Shown here piece by piece: positions 40,440 through 56,939 of a stretch of 64,000 bases of DNA. Position numbers and translations under genes: made by a program. Each line of letters begins with the position of its first letter. The first letter of the stretch is position 1. Below the pieces are notes generated by a model that saw only the letters and a program-made list of their open reading frames with translations, was not told where the DNA came from and ran no database searches. The DNA is from Octopus vulgaris (Eukaryota): the NCBI GenBank assembly GCA_951406725.2, contig OX597818.1:68324001-68388000 (forward strand), in the 5' to 3' direction.

Positions 40440-43254
40440 GCAAGGCCTTAAGTCATTTTCAAAACTACTCACTGATTCACAAGATAGCGTTAATATGGAC
40501 TTGTTTAATTGATTTATGAACGGAGCCATGTCATTGGTTTCGTTTAATAAATTACTTGAAATATGGTCGCTGAAAGCAATTATGGAAGGGCAAAATTTTT
40601 TGTTTTTTAGGTTGGGTGTAGGGTAGGCGAAAGGAAATAATGTTTCTGAGAAAATAATGCATTTGTCAATATTAAAATAAAAAGGAAGCTTCCCCTCTCC
40701 CCTACCCCTGATTTCTTACAAGCTTCTGTAATTAGGTTATAAATATTAAATATTATATATTCATGAAATATGAAAAAAAGCTTCTGGAGTTTCGCCTTCA
40801 CTGAATGTGGAATTGTGTGACATGAAAGTGGACTATATTTACGGTAACTACGAAAATGTAAACAACTAGTTAATATTGTTATTGTTGTTGCTGTTGCTGT
40901 TGAGCGAAGCGGTCTTCGTCCCAGAGCTCGCAGTGGGAGAAGTCCGAATCGTGGTCCTTTGCTATTCGTAAGACCCGCAGAAGAGAAAGCAGGTCAACCC
41001 CCGACACCTAGACCATCGACGGATGGATGAATGTGCATCCAGGCTCAGCGGTTGCGTAGGAAGTCGGGGACAAGAAACAGGAAGAAAGAATGAGAGAAAT
41101 TTGGGGCGAAAGAGTACAACAGGGGTGGCCTCCCCCACCCTCTGCCGGAGCCTAGTGGAGATTTTAAGTGTTTTCGCTCAATAAACACACACAACGCCCT
41201 GTCTTGGAATCGATCCTCCGACCGCGAGTCTGCTGCCCTTACCACTGGGCCATTGCACCTCCACTTGCTGTTGCTATAGTGGTGGTGGGGGTGATGTTGG
41301 TGGTGGTGGTGGTGGTGATTGTGGTTAACCCAAATTAGCAGCATTTCCTTGTCTCATTTCTTTTCGGTGTTAATCAGTGGGGGTGGGGGGCAGATGAGTG
41401 TCTGTTGGCACTTTTCATCGCAAACGTCCTCGTTTCTACTGAGACGCTGCTTCGACATCAGTAAAAGCACTCGGCTTCCATCTTCTCATCAAAGATCATC
41501 AGTAAAATTCTTACTTTGAAATCATTTCTTAATAAAAATCTCTTCAGTACTGGATTTGAAATAACTGACCAACCCCTGCTTCCAGATGCCAGGCCCCGTG
41601 CCCGCGTCAAGGACAATTAAAGTGGTTGGTTGGTTTATCGTTAAAATGTTTGACATAATTATATTACAGAATCGAGTTATATTTTTTGTCTTTTCCGGTT
41701 TTAAACCCCATTATTGACTTTGTCTTTCATATTTCTGTGATCGACGACATTAAGTACCAGTCAACTACTAGGGTCGTTTTACTCCATCCTTCCTACAAAA
41801 TTTTGAGATTTGTGACTATATTTGGGTCATTTATAATATATTTCTAAAGCTGCCTGGAAATTTTGAAAGAAATATAGCCGCTGGAAGAGACTTACTGTTT
41901 GGTATGCATAACAAGGTGAGGATCTTAAAATAAGAGGTTTTTTCAAGTTCCACAAAAACAAACTAAGAAGTGAAACGTGTTCTGGAATGCAAAGCAGGTT
42001 TATCTGTGTGATTCAAGTTGTTGTTTCTAGCGAAGTGTGTTTGAAAGGGCAGCAATACACCTGGCCTTAGTTACGCCGAGCAAAAGCCAGGAAATGTTAA
42101 AATGAAGTTGTTGAAAGATAAGAATACGTGGAAGGTCGAGAGACTACTCTGATCTACTGCGATTGGATCCTACAACAGGTCTAACCATTTATGCTGAATG
42201 GTTGCTGTATGGGTGACACTTCAACTAAATATATGAAGGTGGAGACACAGGCTATGTTATTAGGCACGGTTGATGAGACGCTAAATTTTACTAAGTTCGT
42301 AAAAAAACAACAGCTCAAATGAAATACACGGAAATCACACAAAATCGAAACAAAACTCGAAAAATAAAAGAGAAAATAAAAGATACTATAGAAACTAGAA
42401 AACTGGCAAATATTTGTATCCAACATAATGTAAACACAAGCCAACACACCACACACCACACACCACACGTTATATAATTGTAACAACCTCAAATAATATA
42501 ACTATGCTGCAATACCGAGTGAACCGCCTTGTCAGACATTGCTGGAAAAGGGGTGACTAAAAACCGCACAAAACAACGAGAATACAAAATGTAAAAAGTA
42601 CACTTAGCACCAAGTTAGACATATTTTCCTTATTTTCTCTTTGCTTATCAACAGAGACCAAACAATGGTAAAGTAATAGCGAATCTAAAGACTAGGTGGT
42701 CTTTGAGTGATTTAAAATTACCAACATCTACCGAAAATACTTTATATTGAAGGGATCATTGTACAACAATAATTCCGTTTAAAAATGTTGAAGCTGGCGA
42801 ATTAGCAAAATCATTAGAGTTTGGGCAGGATGCTTCAGCTTGTTTCTGCTCAATGAGTTCAAATACTACCCAGAGATTTCAACTTTCGCGATTGATATAA
42901 AAGGTACCAATCTCAGGCGGGAGATTAAAGGACTGTAAGGGCTTGAACCAGATACCTTGTGGTATTTGTTTAGGCTCTTAGTGTTCTGAGTTCAAACCAT
43001 CCATGGGCCATGTCTGTGTTAGGATACACTCAGTGCCCAGTTTAACATTACACGGCACCCAATGGGAATCCAACGGAATTACATCTGCCACATCTCTAGT
43101 TTCACGACAACATTCTCCTTCCTTCCCTTTCCCCTTCCTCTCAGTCTCAGGCGTCCAATGACGTATAACTGACACGACCACTCCTCTTATGGTGCCCGCA
43201 CGCATAATTCATCCCTGTAAAGTCATCGTATGCTTATGTGTATATATATACATG

Positions 43255-43310
<56 letters not shown>

Positions 43311-43406
43311 ATATATGTATATATATATGTATATATGTATATATATATACATATGTATATATATATACATATATATACATATATATATACATATATATAT
43401 ATATAC

Positions 43407-43499
<93 letters not shown>

Positions 43500-44640
43500 C
43501 ATACATACACATAATCCCAAGGTGCAACGCAGTGGGACTGAACTCCGAGCCATGTTGTCGGGAAGGAAGCTTCTTACCACACAGCTACGCCTGCGCCCAA
43601 AATATAGTCTCGAAAAAATTCTAGAAATTTTACACTTTCGCATATCTAATCTAAATACACTTTCCTCAAAATAACCCCAAATTCAGAACAAGGCACTGAA
43701 CAGCCACAGATTTTACAACCCCAACACAGTAAATACGTGAGGGTTTCGACCGGAAATTCCTCATCCTTACCACTCTACCACTAGCACCATTAAAGCTTTC
43801 AAATCCATTCCAACAAACTGCAGCAGAATGGTTGGTGTTTTTACCCAAGACTTCTGATGCTGTTGTTATTGTCAATATTTAGCCTTGAGTCAGTTCCATT
43901 TGACTAAATCTACAATCAAAGGTGATCCGGCTACTGACCATCCTGTCTCATTTTTCTCAGACATGATGTTTCAAGAACTACGTTATCTATTGTGTACTTC
44001 TAATTTTTATGACATTGAATGTTGTTTTGAAGGGGATTTGGCTGCTCTTTCAGTCACGACAACACAGAGACAGGCTATTTTGTTTAAGTTTACATCTGTA
44101 CAGATGTGGCCTTTGAATATTATACCTCTCGGCTATAGATTCCCTGAGTTGCTCATGTGATACATATCACACATCCTTCTACTGACAATCAAGCGTATTC
44201 AATTAGCCAGCTGGAACTCTGGAAGAAATGCAGGCTTTTGAAGAGAAGAGACATACATAAATACAAACATACAAACATTCATATAGATATACATAAATTT
44301 ATACATACAAGCAGCATACAAACATACATACATTTATACAGACATACACATTCATATATACATTTTTCATACATACATACATCATACATGCATACATATA
44401 TGCGTAACACACACACACACATGTACGGTTCTGTTTATTATAGGTGTGTTGTTTACTCATGTTTTCCAGCGAATTTTGTTCTTTCTTGTAGATAAACTGC
44501 ATTTCAACCTATTTTAAGAGGTGAGCGAGCGGGAGATTGGTGCAAATGACATATGATTGGTGCATATGACTAACGAACACAAGAACTGAAGTCATGAACT
44601 TGCCTGTCTACATATTTCCTGTTAAATCTTTATTTTCGTT
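40440..44640 (-). pseudogene. CNBD-channel module D2, decayed and TE-interrupted
   Basis: S4 'LYYLRLLQLYNV' (42466-42501); S5 'TNLVKFSV...NNIACV'; pore 'TFHVFLSFNNFILTFPGFC'; CNBD 'FMSHNSTFSEGETPEAFFHI' (~40770-40830). Confidence 0.55.
40905..41263 (-). mobile_element. SINE family 3
   Basis: Homologous to 31510-31853. Confidence 0.85.
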
Positions 44641-44821
44641 AGTCATCTCCAGTTTCTTTATAACTCAAAATAATATTAAATTATTTATGATTAAAAGGCT
44701 CTTAATTTTAGTGCTTTTTTAGATTATTTGAAGTATTCAGATATGACTTGCTGTAATATCCTTTTCTGCTTGTTTTAAGCGGTCTTTTTTCATGTTCTCA
44801 TTTATTTTAAGCATTTGTATA

Positions 44822-45273
44822 CATTAATCACTCTCCACATCGCGGTTCACCTATCGCGTCCTTAGTGCATCGCGTATTTTTCTGGCTAATATATGTAAAT
44901 TTATATCGGCTCCTCAGTATATCGGGAGTTTCTGTGGTCGATAGGTATTTATATTTTTGTTAGATATTAATTATTTCTGCAGTAAAATAAGCGATTTCAC
45001 GCCGAAAAATAAATAAAAATACAGTACTGTACTACTCTTTATAACACATTAATTAAAATATGTTAAAAGAAAATACGTAATGTACCGTAGATGAGCAAAC
45101 AAAGAATGGCACATACTGTATGGAAAAGGAAACTCGGGAGGCGAATGTGTGGTGTTGCTTTGCATTATAAAAGTAATTTTAAGAAACTAGACAGTAATTC
45201 TTCTACTTGGCGGATTTTAACCTATCGCAGGGTATTTTGGAACGTAACACCCGCGATAGTCGAGGGATTACTG
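44822..45273. mobile_element. pogo/Tigger-type MITE
   Basis: Imperfect TIRs cattaatcactctccacatcgcgg / ccgcgatagtcgagggattactg, each flanked by TA. Confidence 0.75.
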
Positions 45274-45419
45274 TACCTAGGAATACAAATTTGGATTTGG
45301 TATAATTTTAGTTGTGGAGTTGGTGCCTGACACATTTAAGCTTGTAATATTCTACGATTTGGCTTATTAGTTTGTAACACTAGCCAGTGTTCATAATTTT
45401 TCGTTTTATTTATTTTTTT

Positions 45420-45651
45420 ATTCTCTTACTTGTTTCTCTCATTTTGACTGCGTCCATGCTGGGGCACTGCCTTTAATCAAACAAATCGACCTCAGGACTT
45501 ATTCTTTGTAAGCCTAGTACTTATACTATCGGCCTCTTTTGCCGAACCGCTAATTTAGTGGGACGTAAACATACCAACATCGGTAGTCAAGCGACGGTTG
45601 GGGGGGGGACAAAAACAGACAAACAACTACACACACACACACACACACACG

Positions 45652-45732
<81 letters not shown>

Positions 45733-45908
45733 GTGTATATATATATATACGACGTGTTTATTTCAGTTTCCATTACCAAATCCACTCACAAGGCTTTAGT
45801 CGGCCCGAGGCTATAGTAGAAATCACTTGCCCAACGTGCCACGTAGTGGGACCGAACTCTGAACCATGTGGCTGAGAAGCAAGCTTCTTACCACACAGCC
45901 ACTCCTGT
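45420..45908 (-). mobile_element. SINE family 2, full-length
   Basis: Reverse complement of the 9150-9545 architecture. Confidence 0.85.
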
Positions 45909-46033
45909 ACATTTCTTTATCAAGTACTTCCTTTATAAAGGGGAATCTAAAAGGTCTTCAAAGTAGGGGTTTTACATTGACATTTTGTATTACTGTGGAC
46001 ATTCAGTGTCTCTAGAAGTTAAGCATTTACATT

Positions 46034-46371
46034 TGTAACGGATTCGAAACCGAATTGCCAGATAGTGAGCAGATATCATGACCAACTCACAGTAATTTCA
46101 TTTGATCGACCGAGTAACCGACAAGTCAGCGTCAAGCTGTCAGTGATTCGACTTTCTAGAACATTCTCTAAATACCTTATATAAAGCGGCTTTTAGCACC
46201 AAAACTCTTTGCATAATGTTGGAAATGTGCCTCCATTCTAGCCAGGCGGTCCACGCAGAAGGTTAACACAAACTGCAGAGCGTTGAGACCGGCCGAATTA
46301 TTCACAAATTACATCTCGTTTATTAGAGTGTTGAGACAACCGCTCAACGTCGCCACTCTTATTTCATCACA
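46034..46371 (+). mobile_element. Possible LTR
   Basis: TGTAAC...CA ends, internal tatataaag, followed by a TGG-starting PBS-like tract; no TSD seen. Confidence 0.3.
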
Positions 46372-46419
46372 AACCGTTGGCAGTGAAAAGATACAGATTT
46401 TGTCGCCATGAATATATTG

Positions 46420-47900
46420 CATTTGTTTTCCAGTCGTGATAGGCCAACTGTTGTTGCTATCTATCAGTTAAATTGTCGTACATCCTCGATCTACCGCTGT
46501 GTAATTGTCGCTGTTACTTTTCATCAAAGCACCAACACAGAAAACACTATATGCGTTTTAAAAAATGTGTTCACTCTTCGGTTTCACCACAAACACATTA
46601 GGTCGTATTGTTTGGTGTAAACGAATTTGATTTAACCATTGTTTTCTATTTAAAACATTAAGTCTTGATAGCAGATTTTATTAATATTTCTCCGGAAGTT
46701 ACATTTTAGTATGAAATCATTTTCTTGGCATTTCTTTAATTTCTTGACTACTTCTGTGTTTCTATTATAACAGCTTAGAACTGTTCAAAGATGGGCTCTA
46801 AAGAAGAGCACATACCTACACCATCATTTTGTTTATATAATTTGCCTCGAGTACAGCCAAAAATTATTTTGGTCTCGTACAGTAGACTAGTAATTTGTTG
46901 TGTGTGTTGTAGACTAATAAGAAGTTCAGGATCTCAGCTGTTATCGTGTGTAGCCTATTCTTAAATGGTTCGTACATGTAATTTAGTAAGACTTCTCTTT
47001 TCTTAGAATCTCATCCAGATTCTCCTCCACAAAAGAAATATTAAGTAAGGAAATTTACAGGATAAAGCGAGCTCTAATTAATAGCAGATATTAAAAACGA
47101 AAGAAAGAAAGAAGGCAAGTAACAGGAGAATACAGGAAGGTATGTAAAGCATTAAATATGTCACACGAAACCAATTAAAAATACACAAATTACACAAGTA
47201 TAGTTTATGAATAAAATGTGAAGTGACAATAGAATAGGTGAACACAGTATTAAAGCACTCTTTAAACAGAAGACACAATATTGGTACTAAGCCAAGCCAT
47301 AAACTAGTACAAATATTATGCTACATAAAAATTAGAATATAAAACTATCTGGTTAATAACAAACCAAATTCTTGTAAATCCAAGAACGCGCTACAAATGA
47401 CTATAGTGATTTATGAATTTAATTGCAAGCGTAAACTTAGTAAACTCTCCGCTGCAACTGTTTTATTGGTTATACATGCACGATACTCCCCCCCCCACTG
47501 CCTTCCCATTCACTGACATCAAGTCAATGCAATGAACTAAGCCACATAAAACATAAAAGCTACCAGTGAATAACGCTTGTATACATTACACAACTGTATA
47601 GAAATACAGACTCTTATTGAGAGTAGAAACACTCATTGAATTGTAAAGTGAGAAAATAAACAAGTATGTCGCATAAACTGGTCACAAACGAACAATAAAC
47701 TCCAAACCTATGACGTACACACTCAATGTTTTAAAATGAAAATTCTGTAATAATGGTCTTAACTGCTACATCGAGTCTCTCAACTATAAAGAAGCAATAC
47801 TGTTCAAATAACGCAGAAGGGCTACGAACGCATCGAATGTATTCATGGCACCAATAGTTCTTTTTTTTCTTACTCCGCCACATTTCTTCATACGTAAATT
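46420..47900 (-). pseudogene. CNBD-channel module D1, decayed
   Basis: 'SFVTSLCDILVYFL' (S2-S3); 'VIHW*LLCFMW' (S5); 'LLAFFLSFVFN'/'RARF' (S6/C-linker); 'NRLHTITAEILNF'; 'KVTATI' (PBC-like). Confidence 0.45.
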
Positions 47901-48599
47901 TTTGTGATGAGCAGATCACTGCCTTAACCCCCCCCCCTCTATCAAAGTTCTTTGCATTATCAATCTTATGAAATAATCTATCAGCATCTACTCGTTCCAT
48001 TCTGCTAGTTTGGTTGGTCTTAACGGCAAAATACTCAATACCAGAATATTATGTCTTTAAAACTTCACCACAGCAAGCCTTCAGCCTATTCAAACTCTAC
48101 TTTCCAGTGGGGAGGGTCTAGGTAGGAGAGGCATTTTCGTTAACATTTCCTTCGTTTCCGTCAGTGGTTCCGTCATTTTCTTGAATCTCTCTCAGCAAGG
48201 TCTTTGTAAGTTGAGATACCCCATATTTTGTGTTCTATACTAGGTATAAAGTTTTGCATATCTAATTTGATATCTGCCGCGTTGACGGAGATCTTCTCCA
48301 GGGCCAAAATCAATTTTACTGAAAAGTTGGAGTTGTCTAGTACCACAAATGCATTTCTCAAAATATCGTTTCCAGACAATCGTGTTTTTAATTCTGAATA
48401 ATGTTCCAGGAAACCAAAGTAGGATTTAGAGACAGTAAAACGATAATAAAGTTTCGACAGCTGATAGCATTAACAAATTGTATTCTTCTTCACAAAGACA
48501 CAAAGTTCTTCTAGTTGTCTTACATGAACGCTGTGTCTATGAATCTGTCTAAGCACTTTTGCAGTAAATACTTTCGTATCCATTCTCTTTCTTCTTGAG

Positions 48600-48800
48600 A
48601 CAGCATTCATCCTCAATACTGCATCTCTCACAAACACCAGCCAGGCCTGGCGATTTGAGGCTAACGACCGCGTGATCTCCAACCACTCCTTATTCCTGCG
48701 GCGACGAACGCCATGGACATGGGGGCCTAGGTAGTGTTCCAGATCAGCCTTGACTGTCATCAGCCAGGCTTTTCGTTGTCCACCACATCGTTTTCGTATC
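48600..48800 (-). mobile_element. RTE-type LINE 3' fragment inserted in module C4
   Basis: 'RKRCGGQRKAWLMTVKADLE..GPHVHGVRR..W....LASNRQAW..FVRD'. Confidence 0.75.
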
Positions 48801-49980
48801 AATTGGTAAAACATGTCAAATAAAAACAGCTGCGTACAATGTGTGTAGTCAACTCAGCATCAAGATCTCATTCAAGTTTGATTTTTTAATTGGTGAAACA
48901 TTTTGCATACATTTTATGCCACCAAAATTTGTGTTGTCTTCACAAAATCTGTCATTTTCTCCCTGTAACTCGTGATTGCGAAACTGACACAAACGCAGTA
49001 GCCAAGTTCTCAGTCGCCTTAGCAGGAAAAGTGTGAATATCAAAAAATTTTAACTTTTACTTCCTGACCAGGATATAATAAAGAAGAATGAAAGATGTTG
49101 ATTTAATATCTTTTTATTTCAAATTCCCGGAAAATTCGTTTCAGCTCGCTATTTCGTAAGCTCTGATTCAGCCATAAACGCAGCAATTACATTCCAAACT
49201 CCGGCTTTATATTTGATCTCCTCTTCACGAAACTTTGGCTCAAAATGTCTTGGGACCAATTCTGACGAACAATCCGATATTTCATGTCATGAGAAACGGT
49301 ATGAAGAGCAAAAGTGATTTCTTTAACAACAACAATTCCCCATTCAATTATTTATGAATATTAAAGGAAGTCACTCAACGATACCAGCCAACAACAACAC
49401 TCGCCTACAGGTAAATTTGAAAAAACGGTGATTATATTTTGTCCTGCTCACTTAACTTTATTTCATTATTCTTTAGTTTGTTTTTGTTTTTTGTTTTGTT
49501 TTTTTGTTAATGCACGCTCTCTTTCAGGGATTGTGAGAATATGAAAATAATGTTTTTAATGAATTCATGTCAAAGTAACGCCAAATAAGTATGAAATGAC
49601 AAAATGAGGTGAGATACAAAAATTATTTATAACATGCTGGCAAGTAAAACTGACATGCAACGACTTTATATAAATTCACAACCAGTAATATAGCAAAGGA
49701 AAATAGTTCACATTGTCAGGGATGAAATGTGATGCATCGAAATTGTCTAACCACGAAGTAAGGCAAAACTGATCATTGTTACTCGGTCTATGAATCCATA
49801 TTTATTAATCGACTGACAAGGCTTTTTCCAGGCCGAGACCACATTTGCATTCGGTGCCACGCAAAGCTGCCTTGAGCAAGATTTTTCTACAATACATAGA
49901 TACTTACATATAGATATATATATCAGATATGATGTATGACAAATGTTTTTGTCTGCAATTTATGTATTGGAACTCACAGG

Positions 49981-50222
49981 TTAACCCCTCTGAAACACAC
50001 AAATGACATAAAATTCTCTTCAAAATTTATGGCTTGTAATATGGTGTGACAATTTTGATCGTTCGAAACTGTGACCTGCACACGAATTAAATTTGTGCTG
50101 TACTTCAAATTTTGCCTGTGATCAGGTCGCAGTTTCAAGCGACGAAAATTGTGACGTCATATTACAAACAATAAATATTTCCAAGTGAATTGAACGGTAT
50201 TTGTATGTTTCTGAGTGGCTAG
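49981..50222. mobile_element. Palindromic MITE, piggyBac-like ends
   Basis: About 115-bp imperfect inverted arms; left end TTAA-CCC, right end degenerate (gtggctag). Confidence 0.6.
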
Positions 50223-50343
50223 CTTGCATCTCTCACGTTGCAATCACCCCCACGCACATATGAGATTACAAAATTTTGTTATATAGATATGTCACAAGCT
50301 ACTTCTCGTCCAGTCGACAATTCTGGTAGCACGAAATAAATGC

Positions 50344-50423
<80 letters not shown>

Positions 50424-50731
50424 CCATGATAGATCGTTAGCCACTACACACATTTTTATCCTTGGTTTTTTCTTTCCTTTTTTCTCTCCTTGTTTTTTTT
50501 CTGTGTCCCTTTCTGTAGAAGAGCGTAGGCTTTACTATTCCTGAGCATTATAGTAATACATCTGTTTCTTTTGTATACCACCTGTCTTTGTGTTTTGTTT
50601 TTTTCGTAAACTCTCTCTCTCTATATATATATATATATAGCGAGAGAGAGATAGAGAGGGAGATCGAAAGATAGTAGATAGATAGATAGATAAATATATA
50701 GATATATAGATAAATAGATAGACAGATAGAT

Positions 50732-50763
<32 letters not shown>

Positions 50764-51008
50764 TTGTGGGATAGATGTGAGTAGATGTCAATGCATCTAG
50801 TATAATATATTCGAAGGTCTACAATTTTAAAAGTGTTATTGACAAAGATATTGCTGTTGTGGCTTTAATTAATTCAATCAATTTTGAGTTTCTTATTGAT
50901 CTCATTCAACAAGAAATACCTTATCCTTTTTTACATGAGTTAAGTGGCTAATTGTGGAACACAGGTATGACTCGTATCTCCACACACACACACACGCAAA
51001 CATAAATG

Positions 51009-51043
<35 letters not shown>

Positions 51044-51459
51044 AATATGCATCGTTATACATGTTTATATGCATACATATTTGCATAAAAGAATAAAACA
51101 ATACATATATAAAGAGAAATTTATATGTCTATATATATACATCGATCCACATATATGAACAGTGTCTGTCTGTATACATATGTATGTGTATGTGTGTGTG
51201 CGTGTGTGTATGAACATACATATATTTATATAGTATATTAAATCTTAAGATTTTCATTATTTTTACCTTAGGATAATGGGTTTTGTACACATCCAGCAGT
51301 ATAATAAATCTTTACAATTTTATTTTAATAATGTTCTATTTGTGTCTGAAATTAATTGTTCAGAGCACAACATTTTTCCAATATAATATATTTCCAACTC
51401 AAAGCACTTTCTTTGTATATGTATATACTTTTATATATACATATATATATATGTATATA

Positions 51460-51500
<41 letters not shown>

Positions 51501-51535
51501 TTATATATATACATATATATATATATATGTATACT

Positions 51536-51569
<34 letters not shown>

Positions 51570-52266
51570 CTTATATATACATATATATATATATGTATAT
51601 ACTTTTATATATATATATATATAATATATATATATACATATATGCATGTACATATATATACACACCCATTTGAAGTAGACCTTCCAGAAACTTTGACAGC
51701 AATTTTATTTCATTTCATTTCATTTTAACTTATTAATCTCGTTTCTATAAAATCTATGAATTCGCATCAGAAAATTCTAAATATCCTTTGTCTATGGAAA
51801 ATTAGAATTATTTATATTATGTTTCAGTGGAACATTTTATAAGGAATCACATTATTATTACTGATAAAATATTATAAATGCTTAATCATTAAAGATTATT
51901 GTTGAAATTGCTTAATATTTGCATACGTGTATGTGTGTGTGTATACATACTCATATACACACGCAAACATAAAGGTCTCATATGAAAATGTAATTTTCTC
52001 TGATTGTTGCTTGCATCAGATATATATTTTGCAATTTGATACATTGAAATTCATGAATACGATAATTTTTCATCCTTAATTTCATAATATTGAATAAATG
52101 TTTATTTAAGCACTCACATACATGTGAGAATGTATATATGCTTATATCCACAATGCACACACACACACATGAACATATACTTATATATAAATAGATACAC
52201 ACACATACACGTACTTATGTCAACTATATATAATATATACCTATATTCTAAGTACAAACTTAGTAT

Positions 52267-52323
<57 letters not shown>

Positions 52324-53559
52324 GTGTGTGTGTGTATGTACGTAAGTTTTACACAAATATGTGTGTATGTTTCCTGGTGTTTGTGTAAACCTAATGACTG
52401 GAAAACATTGATAAGAAAATAAAGTGAAATATATCAGTAGAGAGGAAAAAAAGTTTGTTTATTTCTTTCTCAATTACTAAATATTTTGTTTATAGAAAGA
52501 TATATCTGCCTGGTAACCAACAGTAATAAAACTATTAACTTTCATACATAATTCTTTATTTCATTGCTAGATAAAACACTTTTTGTTATTTATTTGCATG
52601 TAATTATATGGTATTCTCATGATTCGAGTAAGTGGTTACTAGTTCAAAATATACAAAAGTAACCAAAAATAACAAACAAAGCCACATATGGAAATTTTGA
52701 AAATAATAAAAAATTATCTAACGGACAAATTCTCGGAAATATATGAGTAAAATACAGCTTATGTTGTTACTGATAATAAAGTTAGAACTATTTAGTGGTT
52801 CTGAAAATATTTTGTATAAATATTTGTACAAATGATGTTTTATTGAATGGAATATTTTTAAGGTAAAAAAGAAAACAATTATTTGTCTCATGTGTGAGGC
52901 GAAAGTTTCAGAAATTGCAAAGGTTTCAGTTTGTATGTTAAATAAAATGTCTTGAATGCTTCTAGTTAGAAGCGATTTAAACGTATTAAAAGAAGTACAA
53001 AAATTTAGTGAAATTCTATGGTAGTTTGACAAGATATCAAGCATATTGGTGGAAAAAAGTACATGCCATTCATATACATATATGCGTGTGTGTGTGTGTA
53101 TATATATATGTATATATATATATATATATATATAAATACACACATGTATATATGCATATATAATATATATGTATGTATATATATATATATGCATGTATGT
53201 GTGTTTGTGTGTGTGTATGCGCGCATGTATATGTGTATGCGTGTTTCGTTTAGTCATTCTTTCCATCAGTCGCAACGTAGCTTCACAAAATTTATTGTCT
53301 AGTAGTGTATTTTTGTGATGAATAAACCAAATTCTTGAATAAACTTTTAACTGAGTTGGCAGAAAAATGAGTTTTGGGGTAGAAAGAACGAATGGTAGAA
53401 TAACGAAGGGAAAAAATAAACGAAAAGTATATAAACTTTGTTAATATTTAGAGGGTGGTTTTTTAAAAAAAAGAGATGACAGAGTTTTGTTCCGAATTCG
53501 ACAGTTAAAGTTGTGTTGCATGTATTTGGCTGTTTTCTTCTGAACTGGTTACATTTGTT

Positions 53560-55990
<2,431 letters not shown>

Positions 55991-56024
55991 TGTTTCTAGA
56001 CATTCACTGTCTCACCTTATAGAA

Positions 56025-56190
56025 GAACTAAAGACAAAGACAAGTGTATGAACAACGGGAAAGGGTATTAATATGATGCTCGGAAAAAATGAAAAAATGT
56101 CTTTTAGGTTTCGAGCCTTCGCTCTTCAACAGAAAAGAATAAAAGAAAACAAACAGAGAGAGAACGAAAAAATAACTTGTAGATTTCAGC
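56025..56190 (-). mobile_element. Short repeat carrying a variant hammerhead-like fold
   Basis: tctttt-CTGTTGA-a-GAGC-gaag-GCTC-GAAA-cc-TA-aaaga; related copies at ~39445-39600 and ~50422-50615. Confidence 0.55.
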
Positions 56191-56206
56191 GTGGGGCCAG
56201 CATATA

Positions 56207-56289
<83 letters not shown>

Positions 56290-56290
<1 letters not shown>

Positions 56291-56440
56291 CGACGGGTTT
56301 CTTTCAAACTCCGTCTTATCCGCTTTGGTGGGCGCAAGGCTGTAGTAGAAGACACTTGCCCAAGGTGCCACTCAGTGAGACTGAAACTGGAATCATGTGG
56401 TTGGAAAGCAAATTTCTTGCTGCACATCCACGCCGGTGCC
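56290..56440 (-). mobile_element. SINE family 2, degraded
   Basis: gtagaagacacttgcccaaggtgcc is the reverse complement of the family core. Confidence 0.75.
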
Positions 56441-56939
56441 TCAAAATGAGCAACCAAAATATTACCATATTTGTTTTGCCAGTATAACATTTGGCGTCGT
56501 GGAGTTTATAACTTCGTGGTATGTAATCAAATGTAATCATAGACCAACAGTAGCTTTAATTTGAGGCTTATAGCGTTCTGCTGTTTTAATAAAGTTCATA
56601 GTTTTGTTTTATAGTATTTTATTAACATTACTGCTTATAGTGTAATGCATTTTACATTGTTTTATGGCTTCATCAGATGTTTTGATTTTGTGTTTATTAT
56701 CCTATTGTGGTTATGCGTTTGAGTCATGCAATACATAGTGTGTAAAGTTTTGTGTGTTTTTAATCTTTGTAGTGTCTGATGTGTCTATAGCAATGAAATT
56801 ATGTCTATATTGTTGTATGGTTTGGTCTATTAGTTCATGTATTGTATAAATAAAATACAATATAGAAAAGAAAGCATGATCAAAATATTTACCTAATATT
56901 AATAATACGATACAAAACATTAGAATGAAAAACATCAAA

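Larger units (their letters stand above)
48200..53400 (-). pseudogene. CNBD-channel module C4, decayed and TE-interrupted
   Basis: S2 'ISLNFCTSF..LLTRSIQDI' (cf. IVLNFRTGF); pore 'QNWSQDILSQS'; C-linker 'NLATAFVSVSQSR(fs)YREKMTDF'; PBC 'IF*EMHL' (FGE with GGA>TGA); B-helix 'VNAADIKLDMQNFIP'. Confidence 0.65.
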
